Notes: generated by a model from the sequence alone, not told the origin. 64,000 nucleotides of DNA from an uncultured Bacteroidota bacterium (GCA_902783595.1 CACZRR010000025.1:1999-65998), one strand, 5' to 3'; shown: positions 26,727-36,372, counted from the first letter of the stretch. Numbers and translations are program-made.

Positions 26727-27515
26727 ATGACTCTGTACGACCTTCACCCCGATGCTAAAATCGGGCAGAACGTAAAGATTTCAAATTTCACCACCATCTA
26801 TGAAGATGTGGAAATTGGCGACGGCACATGGATAGGACCCAACGTCACCATATTCCCTGGTGCCCGCATCGGCAAGAACTGCCGCATCTTCCCTGGCAGC
26901 GTCATCGCCGCTGTACCTCAGGACCTGAAGTTCGCTGGCGAGTATACTACCGTAGAAATTGGCGACAACAACACTATCCGCGAGTGCTGCACCATCAATC
27001 GTGGTACTGCCGCCAGCGGTAAAACCGTCATCGGCAACGGGAACCTACTGATGGCATACGTGCATGTTGCCCATGACTGTGTCGTAGGCGACAACTGCGT
27101 GCTGGCCAACAACGCCACCCTCGCCGGACACATCATACTTGGCGACTATGTTATCCTCGGAGGAAAAACGGCATGCCTGCAGTTCATACACATCGGCTCA
27201 CACGTCATCACTCAAGGAGGGTCACTCATCGACAAGGACATCCCTCCCTACGTCAAAGCAGCACGCTACCCTATACAATACTGCGGAGTGAACACCCTCG
27301 GTCTGCAGCGTCGCGGATTCACCCAGGAGAGCATCAACCGCATCAGCGACATATACCGTTACATCTTCGTCAAAGGCCTCAACGTCACCGAAGCAGTGGA
27401 ACAGGTGAAAGAAAAATTTGGCAACACCGACGAGGGCAAAATGATTCTCGCCTTCATCGGCAATGCCAACACTGGCTTGATGAGCGGATATAAATCAGTT
27501 AGAAAAAGCGAATAA
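26727..27515 (+). CDS. lpxA: Acyl-ACP--UDP-N-acetylglucosamine O-acyltransferase
   Basis: 262 aa. Left-handed beta-helix hexapeptide repeats and an LpxA-type C-terminal helical domain. Confidence 0.92.
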   Translation: MTLYDLHPDAKIGQNVKISNFTTIYEDVEIGDGTWIGPNVTIFPGARIGKNCRIFPGSVIAAVPQDLKFAGEYTTVEIGDNNTIRECCTINRGTAASGKTVIGNGNLLMAYVHVAHDCVVGDNCVLANNATLAGHIILGDYVILGGKTACLQFIHIGSHVITQGGSLIDKDIPPYVKAARYPIQYCGVNTLGLQRRGFTQESINRISDIYRYIFVKGLNVTEAVEQVKEKFGNTDEGKMILAFIGNANTGLMSGYKSVRKSE

Positions 27516-27559
27516 CACGATCGCCATAGAAGAATAGCTGTTATCCCTACAGCCAACTC

Positions 27560-27985
27560 CTAAACGTGTACCATCGTAGTCTCGACAGTGGCAACCAACT
27601 TTCCACTGTCGAGATTTGCTATTTCTGTCCGGAAAAGAGCCATTGTGCGACCCACTTTGACGGCTGTACATGTCGCTATAAGACGGCATCCCTTATCCAC
27701 TGGCGCCAAGAAATGAATGTTCGCCTGGGACGATACCCATTGCAAATCCTCCTCTAAACAGCAACTGTTGGCGGCGACAGCAGCGGCAAAATCGCCCAAT
27801 GTAGAGAGCACGCCACCCATCGCCACATCACGCGCATTGCAGTGGCGCTCGTCAATAGCAAGACAGCAAAGAGCACGATATTTTTCTACTTCTACAATCT
27901 CAATACCCGTGGTCCCAACGGCATAACGGTCGCCACAAAAAACGCGCCGTGCTTCTTCTGTCATAGTGTTCATAAACAAGTGCAC
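27560..27985 (-). CDS. PaaI-family hotdog-fold thioesterase
   Basis: 141 aa. G.HGG-like core (AMGGVLSTLGDFA) and hotdog-fold length. The start may instead be an internal Met (27973). Confidence 0.7.
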   Translation of the reverse strand: MHLFMNTMTEEARRVFCGDRYAVGTTGIEIVEVEKYRALCCLAIDERHCNARDVAMGGVLSTLGDFAAAVAANSCCLEEDLQWVSSQANIHFLAPVDKGCRLIATCTAVKVGRTMALFRTEIANLDSGKLVATVETTMVHV

Positions 27986-28032
27986 TTTTCTTTACAACGT
28001 ATCTTACCAGCATCTATTGCTCTATCACTTTT

Positions 28033-28062
28033 AAAAAAGCAAAACCGCCTCTACTGAGGCGG
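28033..28062 (-). terminator. Rho-independent terminator downstream of tRNA-Val
   Basis: Minus strand: stem CCGCCTC/GAGGCGG with a 4-nt loop, followed by TTTTGCTTTTTT. Confidence 0.75.
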
Positions 28063-28071
28063 CTTGTATCG

Positions 28072-28146
28072 TGATCTGCACAAGATTTGAACTTGTGACC
28101 TCTTGCCTGTCAAGCAAGCGCTCTAAACCAACTGAGCTAGCAGATC
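28072..28146 (-). tRNA. tRNA-Val (anticodon GAC)
   Basis: Manual cloverleaf: acceptor GATCTGC/GCAGATC, D-stem GCTC/GAGC, anticodon stem CTTGC/GCAAG with loop TTGACAG, T-stem ACAAG/CTTGT with loop TTCAAAT. CCA is not encoded. Confidence 0.9.
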
Positions 28147-28229
28147 AAAATGGTCAATTTCGGCTGTCGAAATCGGGTGCAAAATTACATATATTTTCCA
28201 ATGTGGCAAAATTTATTTGAAAAAAGTTG

Positions 28230-28237
28230 TAATTTTG
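28230..28237 (+). promoter_or_regulatory. -7 promoter box TAATTTTG
   Basis: TAnnTTTG match 87 nt upstream of the ATG at 28325. Confidence 0.4.
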
Positions 28238-28324
28238 CCTTCGGATGCACCTATCATCGCTCGCATAGCATACTGACAGTCAATCAAGAAACATCACACA
28301 TTTTATAAAGAAAAAAACAGACAA

Positions 28325-28960
28325 ATGGCTGACAACTATCTGGAAAAAAGATACGAAGAAACCCTCGGAAAAGGCAAAATCAAAGTACGTAGAATCGGCC
28401 ACACCGTCGATGAACTGCTATTGAAAAACCGCAGCACACGAGGCTACAATAAAGCCTATGTCGTGAGCCAAGCAGAACTAGAACGTATCGTAGGCGTTTG
28501 CACCAAGATACCATCAGCATGCAACCAACAGGTACTACGCTTCAAGTTAGTGACACGCGACAACGGCGCCGACCGGTTGTTGCCGTTATTACGAATGGGG
28601 GCAGCACTTCCCGAGCTACACCTCCCCATAGCAGGCACAGAACCGGAGGCTTTCATTATCTGCTGCTCCACCACAAAAGAGAGTCCTCTGGTGGATGTCG
28701 ACCTCGGCATAGCCCTACAAAGCATGCTACTCAAGATGACGGAAATGGGCCTGCAGGGCTTGGTTATCGGCGCTTTCAACCGCACACAGACACAAGAGCT
28801 CTTCGAACTTCCCTATTTACCTCTAATGCTCCTGGCGGTAGGCAAAGGTATCGAACGCTTCGAGATAAAGCCCATCCACGCCAACGAAAGCCATGCCTAC
28901 TACCGCGAAAACGGGGTGCATGTGGTACCCAAAGTGATGCTACAGGACCTCATCCTGTAA
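28325..28960 (+). CDS. Nitroreductase-family protein
   Basis: 211 aa. NRSTRGY and nitroreductase-fold blocks. Confidence 0.8.
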   Translation: MADNYLEKRYEETLGKGKIKVRRIGHTVDELLLKNRSTRGYNKAYVVSQAELERIVGVCTKIPSACNQQVLRFKLVTRDNGADRLLPLLRMGAALPELHLPIAGTEPEAFIICCSTTKESPLVDVDLGIALQSMLLKMTEMGLQGLVIGAFNRTQTQELFELPYLPLMLLAVGKGIERFEIKPIHANESHAYYRENGVHVVPKVMLQDLIL

Positions 28961-28980
28961 TCCCTTCTCGAAACCACCCT

Positions 28981-30411
28981 ATGCGGCGTACACCTTTTCT
29001 ACCCCTTGCCATTGCCTTGCTGTTCGGATGTCTGGTAGCACACCATCTGAATAGCATGGATACAATATCCTGGCTATTAATATGCGGAATAGTAGCCATG
29101 ATAACGGCACTAATCGTCGCTCTTAGCCGACAAATGCCACATAAAACGGTAGCATGCCTCCTCATCCTTGTTTTCTTTACTATCGGCGGCAGCCGCTATT
29201 GCATGCAGCGTGATGCAGCCCCTGCATGGTACGACCTTTGTCCTACTCACTCTTTCCTCTCGCTACGCCTTAATGAAACTCCTTCGCCCCACAAACGAAG
29301 CCTGATGGCCACCGCCGATGTCGTAGCTGTCGACGGATTGTCTACGCAAGGCACACTACGCCTCTTCCTGCGCAACGACAGTCTGGCAAACACACTAATG
29401 CTTGGCGACAAACTGCTTGTGCACGGCTATGCCGATACCCTTCAACGCACACTATACAGCACCTCCGACCACTATTTCATAACAGAACGAGGCAAAGGAC
29501 TAAGACACCAACTGGAAGGATGGCGGCAAGCACTCCTGCGCCGTATGCAGAAAGGTCCTATAGACCATCGCTACGCCGGCGTAGTAGCGGCATTGACACT
29601 CGGATGGCGCAGCGACCTGGATGGGAGCCTGCGTGACCAATTCCGCGATGCAGGAATCATGCACCTGCTGTGCGTCAGCGGTTTGCATGTAGGCCTAATA
29701 ACAAGTATTATCGGTTTATTACTTTTCTGGATACCACGCGATCGACGGGGACGGCAGATACGTTGCGGGGTACAGATGACGGCATTATGGGGATTCACAC
29801 TGCTTACGGCACTATCGCCAGCAACGCTACGCGCCGCCATGATGTTCTCTCTGATCCTGGTAAGCCACATGTTGGCACGACGCACCGATAACATGAACCT
29901 GTTGGCCTTCGTGGCTATCGTTATGCTCATAGCCGACCCAACGTTGCCTTTCGACATCGGATGGCAGCTTTCTTTCAGCGCCGTGACGGGAATTTTGATG
30001 ATACGTCCCTTATTGCAAAAGCTGCACCATCAGATACCCAAAGCCTTCGTGGTCTCCGTTGCAGCCACATTGGCCACACTACCCTTCGCGCTCGCTGCTT
30101 TTCACTCCTTCTATCCGTACTTTATCGTTGCCAATGTCATCATAGTGCCCGCCGCATCAGTGCTGCTGACGCTGTCACTCATCTATCTACTACTCCCATG
30201 TTCCCTCACAGCCTTCCTTACCGCACACACCATCTCCTTCTGCGACCGTCTAACAGCTGCCATTGCTTCTTGGCCACACGCGCACCTGGCGCATATCAAC
30301 TTGAGCACAGCTAATCTTATTGCCATCGGAGTAGCAGTATTTTTGCTACTGCTGGCAATAAATCAGCTCGCAAATCGTTACCCATGCCATAGAAAAATCA
30401 TGCCATGCTGA
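28981..30411 (+). CDS. comEC: ComEC/Rec2-family competence channel protein (no metallo-beta-lactamase domain)
   Basis: 476 aa from the ATG at 28981. Polytopic membrane protein with the ComEC core (GIMHLLCVSGLHVG). Confidence 0.85.
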   Translation: MRRTPFLPLAIALLFGCLVAHHLNSMDTISWLLICGIVAMITALIVALSRQMPHKTVACLLILVFFTIGGSRYCMQRDAAPAWYDLCPTHSFLSLRLNETPSPHKRSLMATADVVAVDGLSTQGTLRLFLRNDSLANTLMLGDKLLVHGYADTLQRTLYSTSDHYFITERGKGLRHQLEGWRQALLRRMQKGPIDHRYAGVVAALTLGWRSDLDGSLRDQFRDAGIMHLLCVSGLHVGLITSIIGLLLFWIPRDRRGRQIRCGVQMTALWGFTLLTALSPATLRAAMMFSLILVSHMLARRTDNMNLLAFVAIVMLIADPTLPFDIGWQLSFSAVTGILMIRPLLQKLHHQIPKAFVVSVAATLATLPFALAAFHSFYPYFIVANVIIVPAASVLLTLSLIYLLLPCSLTAFLTAHTISFCDRLTAAIASWPHAHLAHINLSTANLIAIGVAVFLLLLAINQLANRYPCHRKIMPC

Positions 30412-30938
30412 CCGATACTCCTCAATGGGTGGCTCTATACACCAAATCGCGAGCAGAAAGAAAAGCGGAAGAGAAACTACGAGAAAGGGGCTTCGAAACC
30501 TATCTGCCACTACGCTGCAAACTACACCGCTGGAGTGACAGATGGAAGACTATCGAAGAGCCCTTGCTGCCAGGCTATCTCTTCGCTCGCATCAGACGTA
30601 CTGATGTGATACCCGTACGAAGCATCGATTTTGTGGTAAATGTTGTGTCGTGGCATTACCAACCCGCCGTAATCCCAGACAGCGAGATGGCTGCCCTGCG
30701 ACGCCTCGTAGATTCGGATAAAGATATTTTCATCCGCAACAACGAAGGACTACAGAAAGGGGCGATGGTGCGCATCACAGGTGGCGAATTCAACGGTATG
30801 ACAGGAGTATTGTTCTCCGAAGAAACGGGCGGCAACTTCGGTATCAGCATCACCGGTCTCGATTTCTTCCTCGTGGTGGAGGTAGAACGCAACCTGCTCG
30901 AAGTCATTTCTCCGACAGCAGAAAAGGCCAACGAATAA
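30405..30938 (+). CDS. UpxY-family (NusG-like) transcription antiterminator
   Basis: 177 aa. WVALYTKSRAERKAEEKL, YLPL, W.DR.K, PLLPGYLF and a KOW-like GAMVRITGGEFNGMTG. The start overlaps the comEC stop by 7 nt. Confidence 0.8.
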   Translation: MLTDTPQWVALYTKSRAERKAEEKLRERGFETYLPLRCKLHRWSDRWKTIEEPLLPGYLFARIRRTDVIPVRSIDFVVNVVSWHYQPAVIPDSEMAALRRLVDSDKDIFIRNNEGLQKGAMVRITGGEFNGMTGVLFSEETGGNFGISITGLDFFLVVEVERNLLEVISPTAEKANE

Positions 30939-30952
30939 GAAGAAAAAAAACG

Positions 30953-31531
30953 CTATAACTCGTCCTGCCCCGCCTTAATAGATGAGCCGGCGGTGGAATG
31001 GAACCCACATTTGTCCCACTCTATTCGATTGTCCTCATTTTCCACCTTTACCCATCCATAGTGCAGGGCTCCGTGATGAAGAAAGCGTAAACCGACATAA
31101 ATCTTTTCGGCGCTCCTGGACGGAAACACAATGGTATCCCTGCCCTCTGTACCAAAATGCGACTGCGCACCTACGATGCTACCTTTAGTCAACGGCGTAA
31201 CGTGACCACCCTGGGCAACCACTGCATTACCTCCCTCCTCAACATCGTAGACGAGCACTTTCATACCGCCAACAAGACGGAAATCTATGGTATCATCATT
31301 GTCAAGATCAATACCATAGACATCGCTCTCCCAAACCCCATTTATCCTCATCACCCCTTGTGTGATCTGCCCGCGGACAATCGTGGCACCTGAGGTTACA
31401 TCCGGATCATCCTGTTCCTGCTGCGAACCGGTAGCACCAGTACGGGCATCGTCATCCTCGTCGTCACATGACGCCATTAACAAGGCTGTAACAGCAATAC
31501 AGCCTATAGTCTTTATCCAGGGAAACTTCAT
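30953..31531 (-). CDS. Lipoprotein, function unknown
   Basis: 192 aa. Lipobox (ALLMASC) followed by an acidic linker. Confidence 0.7.
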   Translation of the reverse strand: MKFPWIKTIGCIAVTALLMASCDDEDDDARTGATGSQQEQDDPDVTSGATIVRGQITQGVMRINGVWESDVYGIDLDNDDTIDFRLVGGMKVLVYDVEEGGNAVVAQGGHVTPLTKGSIVGAQSHFGTEGRDTIVFPSRSAEKIYVGLRFLHHGALHYGWVKVENEDNRIEWDKCGFHSTAGSSIKAGQDEL

Positions 31532-31593
31532 ATTATCTCTTTTAGTTATTAACGTTCCGCCCTTTTTTATTATTATACATTACAAAAAAAACG

Positions 31594-31601
31594 TATTTTT
31601 G
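31594..31601 (+). promoter_or_regulatory. -7 promoter box TATTTTTG
   Basis: TAnnTTTG match 33 nt upstream of the ATG at 31635. Confidence 0.45.
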
Positions 31602-31634
31602 CATCGAATTATCCTGGTACACAAAACGACACAC

Positions 31635-32900
31635 ATGAAAGGCAAAATACTCATTTTTATATTTATATCCTTCTTCTTCAATACTCTGGCACAAATCCCA
31701 TTACGCCCCGACGCCTTTCCTCCCATCGACGAGCCCTCTGTCCCTAGCAAAGCTCTCCTTATGGCATCAAACGTCGATCAGATGGCACAATGGAACCGCT
31801 ATCCTACCCACTCCACCTACCTCTCTATGATGCAGGAATGGGCCGACAATCACCCCGAACTCTGCCGGCTCGACAGCATAGGAACTTCTGTCCAAGGACG
31901 TAAAATACTATGCTTAGCAATAGGAACCCACTTGGGCGACAGCAACTATCCTGAATTCTTCTACTCCTCTACCATCCATGGCGACGAGCTAACAGGCATG
32001 GTGATGATGCTACGGCTTATCGACACCCTCCTCAACAGCTATGGCAGAAACCCTCGTCTCACACACCTCGTCGACAGCCTGCAGATCTACATCAACCCTC
32101 TAGCCAATCCCGACGGCACCTATCACGGCGGCGACAACACCGTTGCGACATCGTGGCGCTATAACGCAGACGGCATCGACCTCAACCGAAACTACCCGGA
32201 TCCTTTCTCATCTACAACACCCACGCCGACACCCGAAAATACAGCCATGATCGACTATGTGTCACATCATCGCTTTCGTCTCAGTGCCAACCTACATGGC
32301 GGCGCAGAAGTGCTCAACTACCCATGGGATAGCTTCCTATCCTCAGTGCAGGCTCATCCCAAATCCGATTGGTGGCAGGAAGTATGCACGCGATTCATGG
32401 ATACACTGCGATGCTACGACACTACTCATTTCGCAAATGTAACCTCCTCGGGATACATAGCGGGAGGCGATTGGTACGTCATAGGCGGCGGCCGACAAGA
32501 CTACATGAACTATTACCACGACTGTCTGGAGATGACCATGGAGATCTCCACCACTAAACGTCTGCCAAGCCATCTTCTGCCCTCTTATTGGCATTTTCTA
32601 GCAGGACCACTCATCACATATATCGAAGAACTGCTATCCCTCCTTCCTCACGACAGCAACGACATCGCCGAAGTGCCCGACGGGGTGCTATGGGAGGCTT
32701 ACCCCAATCCCACTTCCGGACACATAACTCTCCTGGGCGTGACACCTGGCGACGCAGTCAGCGTGCTCGATCTCTCGGGAGCCACTCTGCTGCACAGCAC
32801 ATCGTCGACGCTCGACCTCAGTCACCTGGCACCAGGCATCTATCTCGTGCGTTATGGCCGCAGGGCCATGAAAGTCATCAAAACTGGAGCACCTCACTAA
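31635..32900 (+). CDS. M14-family zinc carboxypeptidase with T9SS C-terminal sorting domain
   Basis: 421 aa from the ATG at 31635. Signal peptide. HGDE zinc motif (STIHGDELTG), NRNYP and LHGG. C-terminal YPNP....GIYLVRY block typical of type A Por sorting domains. Confidence 0.85.
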   Translation: MKGKILIFIFISFFFNTLAQIPLRPDAFPPIDEPSVPSKALLMASNVDQMAQWNRYPTHSTYLSMMQEWADNHPELCRLDSIGTSVQGRKILCLAIGTHLGDSNYPEFFYSSTIHGDELTGMVMMLRLIDTLLNSYGRNPRLTHLVDSLQIYINPLANPDGTYHGGDNTVATSWRYNADGIDLNRNYPDPFSSTTPTPTPENTAMIDYVSHHRFRLSANLHGGAEVLNYPWDSFLSSVQAHPKSDWWQEVCTRFMDTLRCYDTTHFANVTSSGYIAGGDWYVIGGGRQDYMNYYHDCLEMTMEISTTKRLPSHLLPSYWHFLAGPLITYIEELLSLLPHDSNDIAEVPDGVLWEAYPNPTSGHITLLGVTPGDAVSVLDLSGATLLHSTSSTLDLSHLAPGIYLVRYGRRAMKVIKTGAPH

Positions 32901-33995
32901 CTAGGGACGCAGAGAACGCCCAAGGCGCTGATGGTGACAGGTGAGCAACCGTCCGTCATCGTCATAAAGATGCAGACCGCTACCTTCGCAGTAGCGCCAC
33001 ACTTGGCAGTTCTCACATTGGTCTTTTCTCGTCCACCGACGGTCACGCATCACCGAAAAACGGTTTTGCCACACCTCCCAGAAATCGTCCTCGTAGATAT
33101 TTCCTTGATCCATATGGCTACGCACCGATGTGCATCCACTGATAGCACCATCGCAACGTATGGAGGCCACCTCAATACCGCTACGACAGAAGAAAAAATG
33201 GTCACGCACACGCTGCTCATAAGCTCCCAAGAAACCCTCACAAGCATAGCTCACGTTCATCACATTCCCTTCCACACTCCTTTCCATCCTGCTCGCAGCA
33301 ATAAAATCCATCAGCCCACGCAACTGCCCGTCGTCAAGCTGCAGGGAAGCGTCATGGGCGGCACGACCCATGGGAGCAATACTGAATAGACGCCACGAGG
33401 GGACACCGCGCTGCTGCAGGTATTCCCGCAAAGCGCCAAGATGAAGGTAGTTGCGCGGGTTGACACAGGTGACAACATCCCACAACACCTCATGTTGCCT
33501 AGCCAAAAGGTCGATAGCATGTTCCACATGAGCAAAAGAGTCCGGATGACAACGCAACCAGTTGTGATCCTCGGCAAGACCATCAAGGCTGATAGCAACA
33601 CTATGCATACCACTGGCTAGAAGTCTATCAAAACGCTCTTCATCAAGCAGGTAGCCATTGGTAACCACACCCCAGGGAAAACCACGCCGATAGAGTTCGT
33701 GCCCCACCATCTCAAGGTCATCGCGCAGCAACGCTTCGCCTCCGGTGAAGATAATGAATAACTTATGCGGATCAACATGCAGCAACAAACCATCGATAAC
33801 ATGCAAAAAATCGCCAGCAGGCATATCTCCAACTGAAGGCTGCACACGACAGTCACTGCCACAATGACGACAATGCATATTGCACCGCAACGTACATTCC
33901 CAAAACAAAGTTCGCAATGGATGCAGACGCGCCGTGTTGTGACGCAGGCTGCGCTGCAACTCAAGACCTACACGTTGGCGTAACGTGAGCGACAT
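32901..33995 (-). CDS. Radical SAM / SPASM-domain protein
   Basis: 364 aa from the ATG at 33995. CNMHCRHC (CxxxCxxC) cluster motif and a Cys-rich C-terminal SPASM-like region (CRSG..C.G..SGC...C.NC..W..C.GSG). Confidence 0.85.
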   Translation of the reverse strand: MSLTLRQRVGLELQRSLRHNTARLHPLRTLFWECTLRCNMHCRHCGSDCRVQPSVGDMPAGDFLHVIDGLLLHVDPHKLFIIFTGGEALLRDDLEMVGHELYRRGFPWGVVTNGYLLDEERFDRLLASGMHSVAISLDGLAEDHNWLRCHPDSFAHVEHAIDLLARQHEVLWDVVTCVNPRNYLHLGALREYLQQRGVPSWRLFSIAPMGRAAHDASLQLDDGQLRGLMDFIAASRMERSVEGNVMNVSYACEGFLGAYEQRVRDHFFFCRSGIEVASIRCDGAISGCTSVRSHMDQGNIYEDDFWEVWQNRFSVMRDRRWTRKDQCENCQVWRYCEGSGLHLYDDDGRLLTCHHQRLGRSLRP

Positions 33996-34002
33996 AAAAA
34001 AA

Positions 34003-34551
34003 CTATTTCTTTCTGTCGAGCGAGATATAAATCCTCTTGTTGAAAGTGCCTCGATACCACCCGTTGGCGCCCGTGGTATCGACATCGGCGGCTCTCACCT
34101 CTACATCTACCACCTTATCCTGCAAATCGCCATTAGCGGCACCATCCACATCTCGCACCATAAGACGTACACGGTCTCGGGGAAAGTCGTGCCTATCGAG
34201 AACGAAACGTCCCTTTTCATCAGTAATCACAGCGCTCTCCTCAAGCCATTCCTTCACCCTATCGGGATTGCCCTGCAGCGTGGTACCTTCTACCTCCATA
34301 TTGTATTCGAGCATATTGACACGAATATCCTGCACCGGCCGCCCCTGCTCGTCTTTCACCTCTCCACGAAGACGAAAATCCATCGATGGAGTACCATACA
34401 TAAGCAGAATTTCATCGCGCTGCATAGGTGGCTCCTTGGGCATACCGTCAGAAACTATCGTCTCTTTATGACTGCGGCACGAGGAAAGTCCTAACACACC
34501 CATCAGCGTCACCAAAAACCACTGCTTCACTCTAAGGTATCTTACTTTCAT
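34003..34551 (-). CDS. Putative lipoprotein paired with the radical SAM gene
   Basis: 182 aa. Lipobox (GVLGLSSC). The stop is 7 nt upstream of the radical SAM start codon. Confidence 0.75.
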   Translation of the reverse strand: MKVRYLRVKQWFLVTLMGVLGLSSCRSHKETIVSDGMPKEPPMQRDEILLMYGTPSMDFRLRGEVKDEQGRPVQDIRVNMLEYNMEVEGTTLQGNPDRVKEWLEESAVITDEKGRFVLDRHDFPRDRVRLMVRDVDGAANGDLQDKVVDVEVRAADVDTTGANGWYRGTFNKRIYISLDRKK

Positions 34552-34585
34552 ACCACGCTAACGACACCAAATAAAAAAAATTGTG

Positions 34586-34593
34586 TACTTTTG
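34586..34593 (+). promoter_or_regulatory. -7 promoter box TACTTTTG
   Basis: TAnnTTTG match 18 nt upstream of the ATG at 34612. Confidence 0.45.
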
Positions 34594-34611
34594 CATTTTC
34601 AAAAATAATCC

Positions 34612-35664
34612 ATGGAGATCATCGAGAGACCTTTTGTCATCGCCGGCCCCTGCAGTGTGGAGAGCCGTGAGCAACTTGAGAGCGTATGCACCTCCCTCTG
34701 CTCTCTACCTCAGGTGCAGATGATACGCGGCGGCGTATGGAAACCACGCACCCGTCCCGGTGGATTCGAAGGACTGGGTGAACCGGCACTCCAATGGATG
34801 CAGGAAATCTCTAACGGTCCCCTGCGCATGGCCGATGGCAACCACGTGCGCTTCTGCTGCGAGGTGGCTCGTCCCGAACATATCGAGCTATGCCTCCGGC
34901 ATGGCATCAACACCGTGTGGATCGGTGCTCGCACCACCGGCAATCCCTTTATGGTAGATGAACTAGCCGAAGCTCTGCGCGGAAACAACATGCAGGTGAT
35001 GGTAAAAAACCCCATGAGCCCCGACGTGCGCCTATGGATAGGCGCCTTCGAACGGCTTCAGCAAGCGAACATCAATTGCATAGCCGCCATTCATCGCGGG
35101 TTCAACATGTACAACAACTACGACTACCGCAACACCCCTCTTTGGGAACTGGCGATTGAGTTGCGGCGCACCTTCCCCACCCTGCCTATACTATGCGACC
35201 CCAGCCACATCAGCGGAAAAAGCAGCATGGCAAAAGATCTGATGTTGCGAGCACTACAACTCGCCTACGACGGTTTCATGGTAGAAGTTCACCCCAACCC
35301 CTCACAGGCTTGGACAGACGCCGACCAGCAGCTCACGCCCTCCCAACTGTCAGACATCCTGAAGTCTCTGCCCAACAATATCAACGACGACAGCAGCCAC
35401 ACCACAGCCCTCGAAGCTCTGCGTAGCCGCATTGACGCAATCGACTACGACATGTTGCAACTGCTGGCACGACGCATGGAGGTGTCACGCGAGATAGCAG
35501 CCGTCAAACGCAATGAAGGAATATCCGTCTATCAAGCAAAACGATGGGAGAGCGTGATGAATAACCGCATCAAGATAGCCACAGATATGGGCCTCGATCC
35601 CAAATTCGTCAAAGAACTGCTCGACAAGATACACATCGAGAGCGTGCGAGTGCAGTTCGAATAA
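34612..35664 (+). CDS. Bifunctional 3-deoxy-7-phosphoheptulonate synthase / chorismate mutase
   Basis: 350 aa. N-terminal type I-beta DAHPS/KDO8PS-like barrel (AGPCSVES, KPRT, DPSH). C-terminal AroQ-type chorismate mutase (LRSRIDAIDYDMLQLLARRMEVSREIA). Confidence 0.85.
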   Translation: MEIIERPFVIAGPCSVESREQLESVCTSLCSLPQVQMIRGGVWKPRTRPGGFEGLGEPALQWMQEISNGPLRMADGNHVRFCCEVARPEHIELCLRHGINTVWIGARTTGNPFMVDELAEALRGNNMQVMVKNPMSPDVRLWIGAFERLQQANINCIAAIHRGFNMYNNYDYRNTPLWELAIELRRTFPTLPILCDPSHISGKSSMAKDLMLRALQLAYDGFMVEVHPNPSQAWTDADQQLTPSQLSDILKSLPNNINDDSSHTTALEALRSRIDAIDYDMLQLLARRMEVSREIAAVKRNEGISVYQAKRWESVMNNRIKIATDMGLDPKFVKELLDKIHIESVRVQFE

Positions 35665-35670
35665 CATCAC

Positions 35671-35697
35671 AAAAAAGGGCCCCAAAAAGGGACCCTA
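35671..35697 (-). terminator. Candidate terminator for the rplU-rpmA operon
   Basis: Minus strand AGGGTCCC-TTTTT-GGGGCCCT followed by TTTTTTGTG. The stem has one mismatch. Confidence 0.45.
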
Positions 35698-35741
35698 CAA
35701 CAAATCAATATCATGTAACAATACCTCTGCTCGCGCAGCGA

Positions 35742-36002
35742 TTATTCCGCAGCGGGAAGGACAGAGACAAAACTGCGATCCTCGCGGCCTTTGTGGAACT
35801 TCACAACACCGTCGACGAGTGCAAAGAGGGTATGATCCTTACCCATGCCAACATTCTGACCGGGATTGTGGACGGTGCCACGCTGACGAACGATGATGTT
35901 GCCAGCGATGCACTGCTGACCACCAAAAATTTTCACTCCTAAGCGTTTGCTTTCGGATTCGCGACCGTTACTGGAACTACCAACACCTTTCTTGTGTGCC
36001 AT
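35742..36002 (-). CDS. rpmA: 50S ribosomal protein L27
   Basis: 86 aa. [24 protein letters not shown]. Confidence 0.97.
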   Translation of the reverse strand: MAHKKGVGSSSNGRESESKRLGVKIFGGQQCIAGNIIVRQRGTVHNPGQNVGMGKDHTLFALVDGVVKFHKGREDRSFVSVLPAAE

Positions 36003-36028
36003 ATTCTTTTCTTTTTAAACGGTTAGAC

Positions 36029-36337
36029 TTAGTTGATGCTATCAATTTTGATCTGGGTCAGATAGTCACGGTAACCATTCATCTTCTGGAAACCTTTGCG
36101 ACGGATTTTCTTAAACACCAAGACCTTATCGCCCTTAAGATGGCGAAGCACAGTGGCTTTCACATTTGCTCCGGCGATATAGGGCTTGCCTACCTCGACC
36201 TTGCCATCATTGTCCTTAAGCATCACGGTGTCAAAAGACACTTCGCTGCCTTCCTCGTTCTTGAGGCGGTTGACGAAGATCTTCTGATCTTGGGCGACCT
36301 TGAATTGCTTGCCTGCGATTTCTACGATTGCGTACAT
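36029..36337 (-). CDS. rplU: 50S ribosomal protein L21
   Basis: 102 aa. MYAIVEIAGKQFKV. Confidence 0.97.
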   Translation of the reverse strand: MYAIVEIAGKQFKVAQDQKIFVNRLKNEEGSEVSFDTVMLKDNDGKVEVGKPYIAGANVKATVLRHLKGDKVLVFKKIRRKGFQKMNGYRDYLTQIKIDSIN

Positions 36338-36372
36338 TTTTAACTGTTTGTTTTTTAGGTTGTTTCAGAAAT

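Noticed and set aside
28072-28324. tRNA-Val as a possible genomic-island integration site.
   Set aside because: There is no integrase, no direct repeat of the tRNA 3' end and no compositional break on either side. The flanking genes are ordinary housekeeping genes.
28498-28980. Upstream extensions of comEC (from 28498), the LysM protein (from 23990), the hypothetical gene (from 2700), the M14 peptidase (from 31362), the Dus gene (from 17692), folK (to 40496), the M64 peptidase (to 61706) and tsaC (from 61612).
   Set aside because: Each extension overlaps the neighbouring gene or crosses a promoter box, and lacks signal-peptide or domain logic. The internal ATGs give proper N-termini (signal peptides, lipoboxes, conserved family starts).
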